In this document: in pieces, positions 30,495-40,247 of the stretch
How the letters are laid out: each line of letters begins with the position of its first letter
Numbering within the stretch: the stretch's first letter is position 1
Assembly: GCA_963822945.1 (NCBI GenBank)
Contig: CAWGJO010000021.1
Location: forward strand, 256,001 to 320,000
From: an uncultured Gemmatimonadaceae bacterium
GTDB taxonomy: Bacteria; Gemmatimonadota; Gemmatimonadetes; Gemmatimonadales; Gemmatimonadaceae
DNA length: 64,000 bases
Direction: 5' to 3'
Position numbers and translations under genes: made by a program
The notes under the pieces: model-generated
What the model saw: only the letters and a program-made list of their open reading frames with translations
What the model was told of the DNA's origin: nothing
Databases searched by the model: none

Positions 30495-30707
30495 TTGCTG
30501 ATTGCCAAGGCAGGCAGGCTCGCCGGAGCGGACTTGGTGTTCCTCGGCGATGCGGCACGGCAGATCGTTCGCTTGCTCGAAGAGCCCGAAGAGCGCGCTC
30601 GACGCGGGGCCGCCGGTCTCGAGCGGGTGCAGCGTTTCGACCGGCGACGGATGGCGAGGGAGTACGCGAGGGTGTGGCGGGAGCTCTCGGCGCGCGCAGC
30701 GCACTGA
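30495..30707 (+). pseudogene. Orphan C-terminal fragment of a GT4 (GT-B) glycosyltransferase
   Basis: IVRLLEEPEERARRGAAGLERVQRFDRRRMAREYARVWREL resembles the GT4 terminal helices; no N-terminal part present. Confidence 0.45.
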
Positions 30708-30803
30708 AATTTGTTCATCAAATACGGCAATTTACAGCCAAATCCCGTATCCGCCTGCGTCCCGGACTTCCGTCGCGGCGAGCTTTGGGGCAGGCAACCT
30801 CCC

Positions 30804-31520
30804 ATGAGCGCCACCTACACCCTGCTTTCGCCCCTGTCGCAGACCGAGATGATCGACTTGGAGCTCGAGTGCGGGCGGGCGCTCGACGCGTGGTTCACGG
30901 AGCATCCCGACGACGACGACGACACGGGGGAGATGGGCGCCATGGGCTCGGTGCCGAGCCTCGCGGAGGCACAGGAAGCGTACGCCAAGCTGAACCTCGA
31001 GCTCGACGAGGCGATCGAGAAGCGTCTCGCAACTTGCCGCTCGGCGTTCACCATCGAGAACCCGGGCGACATCGACACCACCGGCGGCTTGCAGGTCGCG
31101 GTGCTCCAGTATTTGCTCGAGCGCGCCGGCGAGAGCCTGATTCTGCTCAACGATTATCCCTTCGAGACCAACGAGTCTTTGCTGGAGCGGCTGAAGTCGG
31201 TGCCTAGCGTGGAGGGCTTCGGAGAAGAGCCCGCGCCCGCCCCGCGGCGGCGACGCGTGCCGCCGATGGTTTCGGCGGACGGCGAGGCACGCGCCGAGCG
31301 CGTGCTCAGAATCCTCGAGGGTGCGATGAACAACGTGAATCGGGCCATCGACGTGAAGAACGCCCTGCATCGCGTGAGCGAGTCCGCCCGCACCTACGGC
31401 GCACTGCTGCTCGAAGAAGGCGCCATGCCCGACGAGAAGGCGGCGCAGACCCTCGGCTTCGAGCTTGCCGCCCTCACGGAAGCAGCGGACGAGCTGGAAA
31501 AAGCGCTGACGCGCCGCTGA
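30804..31520 (+). CDS. Hypothetical acidic protein
   Basis: Strong coding bias, no recognised motif. Confidence 0.75.
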   Translation: MSATYTLLSPLSQTEMIDLELECGRALDAWFTEHPDDDDDTGEMGAMGSVPSLAEAQEAYAKLNLELDEAIEKRLATCRSAFTIENPGDIDTTGGLQVAVLQYLLERAGESLILLNDYPFETNESLLERLKSVPSVEGFGEEPAPAPRRRRVPPMVSADGEARAERVLRILEGAMNNVNRAIDVKNALHRVSESARTYGALLLEEGAMPDEKAAQTLGFELAALTEAADELEKALTRR

Positions 31521-31524
31521 TTTC

Positions 31525-32331
31525 TCAGCTCTTCTTCTTCCGGATGCGTTCCACGCGCAGCTGGTGGCGATCGTTGAACAGCCGCCGGTACACGAAGAGC
31601 GCCACGCCCATCGAGCCCAGCGAGGTGGACGCTGCCAGCATGAACATCACCACGATCTGATACTTCACGGCGGAAAGCGGGCTCGCGCCCTCCAAGATCT
31701 GCCCCGTCATCATGCCCGGCAGCGACACGATGCCCACGACGGTCATGGAGTTGAGGATTGGGATCATGCCGCGACGCACGGCCTCGGACAGCGGTTCTCG
31801 TGCGGCCTCCCAGCGGGTAGCGCCCAAAGAGAGCTCCATCTCGATGCGGTCTTTGTGCTCGTCCAGCTCCGTGAGCAACGAGTCCATTGCCAGCGACACA
31901 CCGGTGAGTGAGTTGCCGAGCACCATCCCGAGCAGCGGGATGACGTACTGCGCGTGATACCAAGGGCGAACACCGACGATGACGCCGGTGACGGTGAACG
32001 TGGTGGCGAGGCCGGTGATCACGAGCGTGGAGAAGGCACCCAAACCGGCGCCGGCAAAACTGCGACTGGAACGCTGGACGGCGGCGCGCCCCGCAGCGGC
32101 GGTCATCAACAGCAGCACCCCGGCGAGCACCAGCGGCTGCTCGATGCGAAACACCCATTGAAGCACGTAGCCCACGAGCAGCAGCTGAACCACGGTGCGA
32201 ACCGACGCCACGGCCAGCTTGGACTCGAGCTTCAGGCGGAGGACGACGCTCACCAACCCCGCGACGAGCACCAGCGCCGCAGCGACGGACAGTTCGTACG
32301 CCCCGAGGGGGATAGCGCCGCGCTCAGGCAT
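31525..32331 (-). CDS. fetB: UPF0014 ABC permease (FetB/YbbM family)
   Basis: RTVVQLLLVGYVL, IPLLGMVLGNS, VGIVSLPGMMTGQIL, AVKYQI. Confidence 0.92.
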   Translation of the reverse strand: MPERGAIPLGAYELSVAAALVLVAGLVSVVLRLKLESKLAVASVRTVVQLLLVGYVLQWVFRIEQPLVLAGVLLLMTAAAGRAAVQRSSRSFAGAGLGAFSTLVITGLATTFTVTGVIVGVRPWYHAQYVIPLLGMVLGNSLTGVSLAMDSLLTELDEHKDRIEMELSLGATRWEAAREPLSEAVRRGMIPILNSMTVVGIVSLPGMMTGQILEGASPLSAVKYQIVVMFMLAASTSLGSMGVALFVYRRLFNDRHQLRVERIRKKKS

Positions 32332-32965
32332 GATCCAAGACGTCGATCTGGCGCGCGGTCCAACGCCGGGTTTGGGCGGAATCGTGGCTCACGATGATGG
32401 CGGCGAGCTCCCTCTCCCGGGCGCGCCGGCGCACCAGCTCCTCGACCCGCTCGACGGCTTCGGCGTCGAGCGCGCTGGTGGGCTCGTCCAACAGCAGCAC
32501 ATCCGGCGAGATGCTCAGCGCGCGGATCAGGCCCACGCGCTGCTGCTCGCCGACGGACAGCGTACGCGCCTCTTGCTGCAACACGTCTTCAGCGAGTCCC
32601 AGCCGTGTCAGGAGCTCTGCGAGCTCTTTCTCGTCCGGCTCCCCGGCCACGCTCCGGTAGCGGAACGGACGCAGCAGATTGTCGCGCACCGTCCCATCCA
32701 AGAGCACAGCTCGCTGCGCGACGTAGGTCACGCGCCGGCGCCACTCGGGCCAAGGCCAATCGCCTGCTGCTCGTCCCCGAAGCCGGACGCTTCCGCTGTC
32801 CGCGTCCCGGAGCCCGGCGACGGATCTGAGCAGCTCCGTCTTGCCGCTGCCCGAAGGGCCCGTCAGGCCGACCAGCTCGCCGCCCTCCAGGTCCAGCGAC
32901 ACGTCCCGCATGAGAACGCGCCCCGGCACCGAAACGGCAACGGCATCGATCTCGAAGAGCGCCAC
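32324..32965 (-). CDS. fetA: ABC ATP-binding protein (FetA/YbbL-like)
   Basis: GPSGSGKT, LSVGEQQR, LLLDEPTSALD, VSHD; coupled to fetB. Confidence 0.88.
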   Translation of the reverse strand: MALFEIDAVAVSVPGRVLMRDVSLDLEGGELVGLTGPSGSGKTELLRSVAGLRDADSGSVRLRGRAAGDWPWPEWRRRVTYVAQRAVLLDGTVRDNLLRPFRYRSVAGEPDEKELAELLTRLGLAEDVLQQEARTLSVGEQQRVGLIRALSISPDVLLLDEPTSALDAEAVERVEELVRRRARERELAAIIVSHDSAQTRRWTARQIDVLDHA

Positions 32966-33023
32966 GCCACGTGCCTATCACGCGCTCTTTCGGGAGTCAG
33001 CGCGGGGTGATAGCAATCGTCAC

Positions 33024-33716
33024 ATGCGCCATTCGTGGTTCCTACCGCTCGCCATCGTGCTGCTCGGCACGTCCGTGGCCTCGGCGGACGTCATCCCCAG
33101 TGGCCGGAAGAGCGTGCGCCTGTCCATTCGCGTGGATGCTCCTGGGGTTCCAGCCGGCAAAGTGCTGGTCCTCGCCCATACTTTTCGAGGCGCCGATCGC
33201 ATCGTCCCGGGCCAAGTTGCCAAAGTCGACTGGCATCCGATGGGCGGCGCGATGCAACTCGTCGCGGTCGACTCCGGCGCGGCCGACAAGCTCGCAGCGC
33301 TACAGAAGGACATGAATCGCGAGGCCGCCAACGCCATCACCGATGCAGGCGAAAAGTGCGGCAAGCCCTTCCAGGGCGTCCGCACGGTGCCGGACACCAT
33401 GACGGCGGACGAGATCCGTTGGGTCTACCGCGTGAGCTTCTCGCCACAGGGCTGCGCCGCGGACCTGGTGCGCACCGAGTACCTGGCCGAGGACGGCACC
33501 CTGGTGGAGGCGGAGGGGGGCGACGTCCCCGAGACACCGCCCAGCGTTTCGGCCGAGCCCAGCGCTCCCACACCAGCGCCTGCGCCGTCGCAGGCCGCAC
33601 CGCCGCCCGCCAAGAGCGGCTGCGGCGCGTGCACCGCCACGCGCGCGCCGCTTCCCCTCGGCGCTCCCCTGGCGTTGTTCTGCGCGGCTCTGGCCTGGGC
33701 GCTGCGTCGCCGCTGA
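33024..33716 (+). CDS. Secreted protein with MYXO-CTERM-like sorting signal
   Basis: Signal peptide; Pro-rich linker; KSGCGAC, hydrophobic stretch, terminal RRR. Confidence 0.75.
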   Translation: MRHSWFLPLAIVLLGTSVASADVIPSGRKSVRLSIRVDAPGVPAGKVLVLAHTFRGADRIVPGQVAKVDWHPMGGAMQLVAVDSGAADKLAALQKDMNREAANAITDAGEKCGKPFQGVRTVPDTMTADEIRWVYRVSFSPQGCAADLVRTEYLAEDGTLVEAEGGDVPETPPSVSAEPSAPTPAPAPSQAAPPPAKSGCGACTATRAPLPLGAPLALFCAALAWALRRR

Positions 33717-34361
33717 CTACGGTGCCTGCGGAAACGTCGCCACGGCAAGGCTGCCTTGGATGACGCCCGCTTGAAGCTCGTCGACGGGTTGTGCGCTGGC
33801 GGCCACGACGCCGCTCTGAAGGCTGGGCACCAATGCGAACAGCATCGTCGAGAAGGTCGCGTACTCCGGAAAGGGCTGCCAGGTCCCTTTCAGCTCCGGG
33901 CGCGTGGTGGCCGCCAGGATCTGCATGGGCCCGACGGCGCCGCTGTTCACCATCAACCAGGCTTTGGCCGGCAACGTCTCGCTGAACTTCCCGTCCGCCG
34001 TCGAAAATCCGAGAGTCAGCCCCGCGATGGCCACGCGTCGATCCGCGACCTGGTGGCTCTGGGATTCGAACGGCGGATAGCACGTCGCCGCCGGAGCATC
34101 GGGCCACGCGATTGTCACGCTGACGTCCGTGGGATCAACGGGCTGTCCCGACGCCGTGATGTACGCCAGGGTGGAGTCCTGCGCGTCCACCCGCTGGTCC
34201 AAGATCGATTGGCCTGTGAGACCAGCCATCCCCTCGCACGGGTCGCTCAGCGAGGCCAGCTGGTGCCCTCCGAACTTACCGCCGTCCGACGCCGCATCGT
34301 CGCTGCTTCCGCAGGCGATCAGAACCGGGAGCGCGAGGAGGGGCGCCAGGCGTTCGAGCAT
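33717..34361 (-). CDS. Hypothetical lipoprotein
   Basis: LLALPVLIAC lipobox. Confidence 0.7.
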   Translation of the reverse strand: MLERLAPLLALPVLIACGSSDDAASDGGKFGGHQLASLSDPCEGMAGLTGQSILDQRVDAQDSTLAYITASGQPVDPTDVSVTIAWPDAPAATCYPPFESQSHQVADRRVAIAGLTLGFSTADGKFSETLPAKAWLMVNSGAVGPMQILAATTRPELKGTWQPFPEYATFSTMLFALVPSLQSGVVAASAQPVDELQAGVIQGSLAVATFPQAP

Positions 34362-34378
34362 GAACCAGTGTACCAGTC

Positions 34379-35567
34379 TCAACTGAGAAAGCGGCATGCC
34401 CGTCTCACCAGGTCTATCCCCGCGTCCAGGGCCAGGACCTGCTCCTGATTGGATTGCCTCAGCGACAGCGAACGGTCCCGCGCCTCCCGGGCGCCCACCA
34501 CCACGAAGAACGGCACCGCCGCTTCGTGGGCGCGCGCGACACGACGCGCGAGGGAGTCCCTACCTGGGTCCAGGCGTGCCCGCACGGAACATCGCTGGAG
34601 CGCTTCCAGAACTTCTCCAGCGTAGCTCTGCTGCAGCTTCGGAAATCGCAGTCACCACGACCTGGTCCGGCGCGAGCCACGCGGGCAGCACGCCGCCGTG
34701 GTGCTCGAGTAGCACGCCCAGGAAGCGTTCCACGCTGCCGTACAGCGCCCGGTGCAGCATTGCCGGCCGGCGCCGCGCACCTCCCGAGTCCACGTAGTGG
34801 ATGTCGAAGCTCTCGGGCAGCACGAAGTCGAGCTGTATCGTCCCACACTGCCACGCCCGACCGAAGCAATCCCGGAGCGACAGCTCGAGCTTGGGCCCGT
34901 AGAAGGCTCCGGCTCCGGGCTGCTCCGTGTACTCGAGCCCGGCCCTCTCGGCGCTGGACGCCAACAGGGCCTCGGCCCGATCCCAGATCTCATCGGAGCC
35001 GGTGCGCTTCTCCGGCCGGAGTGACAGTGCGACCGCCACGTCGTGAAACCCGAACGCCGCGTAGAGATCGAACAGTCCCCTCAGAAAACGCACGACCTCG
35101 TCCTGGATCTGGTCCGGCGCGCAAAATACGTGGCCGTCGTCCTGGGTGAACTGCCGCAGGCGAAACAGGCCCTGCAGCGTGCCGCTGGGCTCGTCTCGAT
35201 GCACCACGCCGAGCTCGGCAAGCCGCACCGGCAAGTCGCGGAAGGATGCCGCCCGGCGTCGGAAGATCTCCACGTGCCCGGGGCAGCTCACCGGCTTGAG
35301 CGCCGCCTGCTCCGCCTGGAGCACGAACATGCCTTCGGGAAAGCTGTGCCAATGGCCGCTTCGCTCCCAAATCGCCTTCTTCAGGAGCTGCGGTGTGCGC
35401 ACTTCTTCGTAGCCCTGACGCTCCAGCTGCCGGCGCGCGGCCAGCTCCAGCTGTCGAAACAGGGACAAGCCCCGGGCGTGCCAAAACACCATCCCCGGTG
35501 CCTCTTCCTGAAAGTGAAAGAGATCGAGGCGCTTGCCTATTTGCCTGTGGTCGTTGTCGTCGAGCAT
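34379..35567 (-). CDS. thrS: Threonine--tRNA ligase, short form without N-terminal TGS/editing domains (one frameshift near 34630)
   Basis: Starts at DHRQIGKRLDLF; KPVSCPGH, FTQDDGH, GAFYGPK, WQCGTIQLDF, HRALYGSVERF, anticodon domain VVVGARE. Confidence 0.92.
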
Positions 35568-35622
35568 GACTCGGTCCTGTCGTCTGAGGCCGGACCGACG
35601 GAGCTCCTGGTGGCCAAATGCC

Positions 35623-35651
35623 AAAAGCCCCGTCGGTTTCCCGGCGGGGCT
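35623..35651 (-). terminator. Attenuator terminator hairpin upstream of thrS
   Basis: AGCCCCGCCGG-GAAA-CCGACGGGGCT followed by TTT on the minus strand. Confidence 0.8.
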
Positions 35652-35673
35652 GATTTCACGAAGCGTTTGGCCG

Positions 35674-35745
35674 TTACCGCGCGCGCACGAAACCGTTCCC
35701 GCCGAAGCAGGTCGTGGTCGTCGTGGTCGCGGTGGCGCGTTGCAT
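35674..35745 (-). CDS. Thr-rich leader peptide MQRATATTTTTTCFGGNGFVRAR (23 aa)
   Basis: 7 Thr codons (6 consecutive) just upstream of the terminator and thrS; TTGACA at 35784-35779. Confidence 0.85.
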   Translation of the reverse strand: MQRATATTTTTTCFGGNGFVRAR

Positions 35746-35870
35746 TGCGTCGAATTCTTTGCGACATCTGCCCGCGTCTGTCAAGCCGAACCCCGCGATT
35801 TGCCCCGGGATCGTCCCCAAACTTGCGCGGGTGGCCCCCCCTCGGTACACCCGGGCGGTTGCGGAAACCG

Positions 35871-38512
35871 ATGCAGCTCAAGGCCTTCGTCAAGCAGCGC
35901 GCGCCGCTGCTCGCCGTTGCCGCCGGCCTGGGGTTCGGGGTGCGCTGCGCCGCGGAGCGTCCACCGGCGCGATCCCTCGAAGGGCTGGCGACCATGCTCG
36001 GCCATGCTTCGGGTACCGTGGTGGACCCGCGGGACATTCGCTGGGAGCCGAGCCCGGGCTTCCTCTCGGAGACCTTCTTCGGCCGGAAGATATTGTTTCT
36101 TGGTGCCCAGGCCAAGGGCAAGCCGCGGGACGTGTACCGCGCCGCCGTGCGCGTCACGCTGGACGGCAAGCCGATTGGTGTCCGTCAGATCCGAAACCTC
36201 ACGGACACGCCCTTGGGCGACGACGCCGGCCTCGAGGTTCGCGACAACGTCGCGGCCTTCGCCACCGTCGCCTTCGGCAGCATCCAGGGCGTGACACTTC
36301 TCGAGCTTTCGGGCGTCAGGCCCGAGGACCGACCCCGGAGCTCGTTCCAGCGGGCGCTGCAGGCGGTCACGTCGTTCCAGGAGACGGGCAGCTCGGATGG
36401 TGTGGGCCGCACCGACGTAGTGCTGGAGCTACCCGCGAAGCAGGCCAAGCTGGTGCTCGATCCGCCGCTCTTGCGCGTGGAGATCGGAGAGCAGGGGCGC
36501 AGCCTGGTGCTCGACACGCGCACACGCGAAGCTCACCGCCGCCGAGGGCGGCCAGGCCTACGCGGCGCGCGCCGAGGTGCACCGCCAACACGCAAAAGCC
36601 GTTGGTGTTGTGGGGCGTCGACACGGTGCGCGCGGAGGTCGGCCCCGGACCCATCGCCTGGCTGGAGGACAAGGTGTTTGGCGCCAAGGACACCGTCCGG
36701 CGCACGACATTCAAGCTGTTCTCGAACAGCGGGGACAAGAACCAACTGAAGGGTGACACGGGCGCGGACACCGTCGCGCGAGTGCTCGACGCCTCGGAGT
36801 TGAAGGACGGCGACAACTGGCCGCCGCCGCCGATTCCGTCACTGTGGAAAGAGCTGAAGCCCGGCGAAGGCGAGTGGCAACCGGTACAGCTGCCGTTCTT
36901 GCGCCCGTTGCCGGGAACGGATTCCAAGGCCGGCAAAGCACCAGCCTACTTCTACAAGACGTTCATTCGGCCGGACTCGGAACGCCCCTACTCCGAGGTG
37001 ATGCTGATCGCGATGGACATGCGGCAGCTGGAGCTGGGCATGCAGGCGGGCTTCGAGGACCCCAAGCCGCTGGCGGGCCCCCCCGGCGACGGGCGGCTGC
37101 CGCGGGACAAGGACGTGCAGGACCGCATCGTCGCGACGTTCAACGGCGCCTTCAAGACCACCCACGGCAAGTACGGCATGATGGTGAACAAGCGCGTGCT
37201 GTTGCCTCCCGTACCGGGCGCCGCGACGGTGACCGTGACCGACAGCGAGGATGTCGGCCTGGGCAGCTGGCCGCAATCCGAGGACATCCCGGACAACATC
37301 GTCTCTTTCCGCCAAAACCTCGACCCGCTGGTGGAGGACGGCGTGGCCAATCCGACAGGCCGATACATCTGGGGCTGGCAGCTCTCGGGTACCAGCGTGA
37401 TGACCCAGCGCACCGCGCTGTGCGTCACGCCCGGCCGGCCATCTCTACTACGCCTTCGGCTCGGAAATCGACGGGCCCACGCTGGGCAAGGCACTGCGCC
37501 AGGCGGGGTGCTCCTACGGCATGCACCTCGACATGAATCCCGGCCACTGCGGCTTCGTGTTCACCGACATCGTCGACATGCGCGCCAAAGAGTTCAATCT
37601 CAAGAAGGCGCACGAGGACATGAAGCTGGACCCGGGAAGTTCGTGCGCTGGAGCGCCAAGGACTTCTTCTACGTCATGGTTCGCAACCCCGTGCCCAAAG
37701 ACCCGAGCCGCGTGCAGTGGAAGCCCGACGGCGGCACCCAGCCGGCGCCTTCCTGGCTGCCGGGTGTCTTTTCCGCACGGCTGCGCATGGGCAATCTCGA
37801 CGTGGACTTGGAAAGCTTCGAGCCGGGCCGCGTGGAGTGGCGCGTGCGGGCCGGCAGCAAAGAGCCGAGCATGGAAGGCGGCGTGAAGAAGAAGCTCGAG
37901 CTCAGCGGCGACGAGCAGCACAAGGTCATCGCGGCCATCAACCTGGGCCACACCACCGAGGTGACTCGCTACGGGCTGGCTTTCGACGGCAAGCCGGCGC
38001 TGGATCTGCGCAGCGCCTACGCCACCGTGGTGGTGGCTCCCCATCGCGCGCCCAAGCTGTTGCCGCCCGGCTCGCAGCCGGTGCTCAAGATCGACGAGGA
38101 AGCCGTTCAGCTGCCCCTCCTGGCCGAGGACGGCAAGCTCACGGAATACGCCTTGACCCACGGGCCCATGCGCCTGCGCGGCGCCCTGTGCGTGGCGTCG
38201 GGACGCGTGCTGGTCGCCCGCGCACGGCATGACTCCAGCGATTCCCTCGCCGCAGCGCTGCTCCGCACCGGCTGCAAGCGCGTCGTCGAGCTCGACCGCG
38301 GCTCGCAGCACCCCGCGTTCTTGCATCGCGCGGGAACCAACACGCCCCCGCTGGCCGGTTACGAGACGACGGTGCTGTACGCCTTGGGCCACGGCATGGT
38401 TCCCCACGCGTTCCGCTGGAAGGCCGAGGGCGCCGTGCCCAGCACCAAGCCGACCGGCTACGACGTCCCCCACCCGAAGCCGAAGAAGCGAGAGGTCGCG
38501 AAAGCGAACTGA
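35871..38512 (+). CDS. Large exported protein with phosphodiester-glycosidase-like motifs (frameshifts)
   Basis: N-terminal hydrophobic anchor; ATFNGAFK, SFRQNL.PLV.DG, QRTALC, MHLDMN, ELDRGS. Confidence 0.6.
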
Positions 38513-38520
38513 TCATTTTT

Positions 38521-40111
38521 GGCTCTCCTCACACCTTAGTGGGTGCGCTTTTCGAACGCGGCGTCGACGGTGGCGCTGAAATCATCCTGGAACGAGCAAC
38601 GCGAACGCAAGGCGGAGCAGCTCTTCCATGGACAAGGAGGTCTCGTCGCGCGCCACGTTGGCCACGACCTGCTTGCTCTCGGCCTTCTTGAAGCCCGGGC
38701 CAGGAGCGCGGCGAGGAGTTTTTCCCGCTTCTGCTCCACGGGATCCAGCTCGGCTGGCCCCGACTTTCGCTGGCGCAAGTCGATCGCTCGCTCCACGGGC
38801 TCCCGGCCGAAAACCTGTTTTGCGTGATGTAAGTTGTGCTCTCTGACAGAGCAGCCGGCTCTCGTCCGCCTTGCCGCTGCCACCGAGAGCTCGCGCGCTC
38901 GACATGGTCGTACTGAAGGAACGCCTTGGACGTGCAGCGCACTCCGTCCTCCGAAACGAAGGCGCACTGCGCGTCGTCCCGCTCGTACACCTCGCGCTTG
39001 TCTTTTCGCGACGGGCTGCCGTCTTTGGTCCCCCGAGAGCACCGTGTCCGGTCCGTCTTGCCCCACTGCTTGTTCTCGAGCTCGCGGATGAGCGCATCCA
39101 GGGCGCGCTCAATCACGATCTCGAGCTCCCGGCTCACGTGGCTCATCAGATTGCGCGCGTGCTCGAGCTTGTCCCGGAGGCGCGCGCTTGCCGTGAACTG
39201 CACACCGAAGCGCTCCTCGGAAAGCGGCTCGACCTGCGGCCGCGGCCCAGCGGGCGCGCCGTCCAAGCCCAGGTGGCCCTGCTCGCCTTTCGGCGACAGC
39301 GGCTGCACGCAGTCTGGGACGTCCGGCTTCGGGAACCAGCGAGCCAGGATCTCGCGAATTGCCGCCTTCGTCTTTCCCGCGGCTTCCTCCAGGAGTTTCT
39401 CATGGTTTTCCGCCGTCAGGTGAGGCGCGAGGAGCGACAGTCCCGACAGATGCAGCCTGCCGTCGGCCAGCATCTCCAGCACCAGTGGGTACCGGTGCGC
39501 CGAGCGCGTGCCGGAGATGGCGCGATGCGCGGTGCCCTCGCTCATGCCGAAGCCCCGCACGCAGAAGTCGAACATCGACGAATAGCCGCGAAGCAGATGC
39601 AGCTCGCGCGCTTCGATCACCGCGAGGTGCGCCAACAAGAGTGCCGTCGCTTTTCGCCGCTCGCCGTTGGCGGACAGTGCGCTGGTCCAGAGATCGCGAT
39701 CAGAAAGCTGCGTCAGCGTGGCAACCGATTCGTGCAATGACATGAGGTCCTCCCCAGGGTTGTCTCCGGCATATCACGGTGAAATTCGCCCTCGTGAGCG
39801 GCGCGCCAGCGCGCTTTCACGACTGCGAACCCTTCGAAACTCGATTTCGCTTCGGAGCTCCATTCACGTGCGCGTGAGCGCGAACAACGCGCGCCTCCCG
39901 AACGAGCGACGAAATCGAAACGCCGCTCCCGCGACGACCCGTCAAACAAATTCGACAGGGCACGGTCGATTTCGCGCGCCGCTTTCCATGCGCATCAGTC
40001 GACCGGGGCAAGGAAACGATGGTGCGCTCGCACGCCCCACCCCAGGAGCGCGCCACGCACCCGGCCATTGCCACGACCTGTTTGCCCACCCACGAAGATG
40101 TGAGGAGAGCC
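38521..40111 (-). mobile_element. 1591-bp IS-like element with ISL3-like 25-bp TIRs carrying a DUF222-like/HNH gene, no DDE transposase
   Basis: 38521-38545 GGCTCTCCTCACACCTTAGTGGGTG versus reverse complement of 40087-40111 GGCTCTCCTCACATCTTCGTGGGTG (23/25); T-rich flanks; second partial copy at 14432. Confidence 0.8.
38582..39743 (-). CDS. DUF222-like N-terminal domain + HNH endonuclease + RuvA-C-like helical tail (frameshifts)
   Basis: LLAHLAVIEARELHL.RGYSSMFDFC, GRLHLSGL.LLAPHLT.EN; VYERD..QCAF…C…LQYDHV…GG…LLC/REHN; GFKKAE…EELLR.A; GGAGG RBS. Confidence 0.82.
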
Positions 40112-40117
40112 TTTTTT

Positions 40118-40171
40118 TGTTGGTCCGGCGCGACGTCCGTCGGGCCGCGGCGCTTCCGCGGCGAACCAACA
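40118..40171. repeat. Inverted pair of REP-like units (TGTTGGT…ACCAACA)
   Basis: 40145-40171 reverse complement matches 5977-6003 at 25/27; 40118 begins with the same TGTTGGTCCG. Confidence 0.7.
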
Positions 40172-40247
40172 TCCAAACGCCCCGGCTCGCATTCCAAGGA
40201 GCACGGCGGCATCGCGCACCCGAGGGTGATGGCGTAGCCTCGCCGTC

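Noticed and set aside
38529..39743. 404-aa continuous ORF taken as the true HNH protein
   Set aside because: Its C-terminal part is out of frame with the HNH and tail motifs; the real stop is at 38582, as shown by the 14.9-kb copy.
38513..40119. Perfect 8-bp target-site duplication around the element
   Set aside because: Flanks TCATTTTT and TTTTTTTG share only TTTTT, so it is not claimed.
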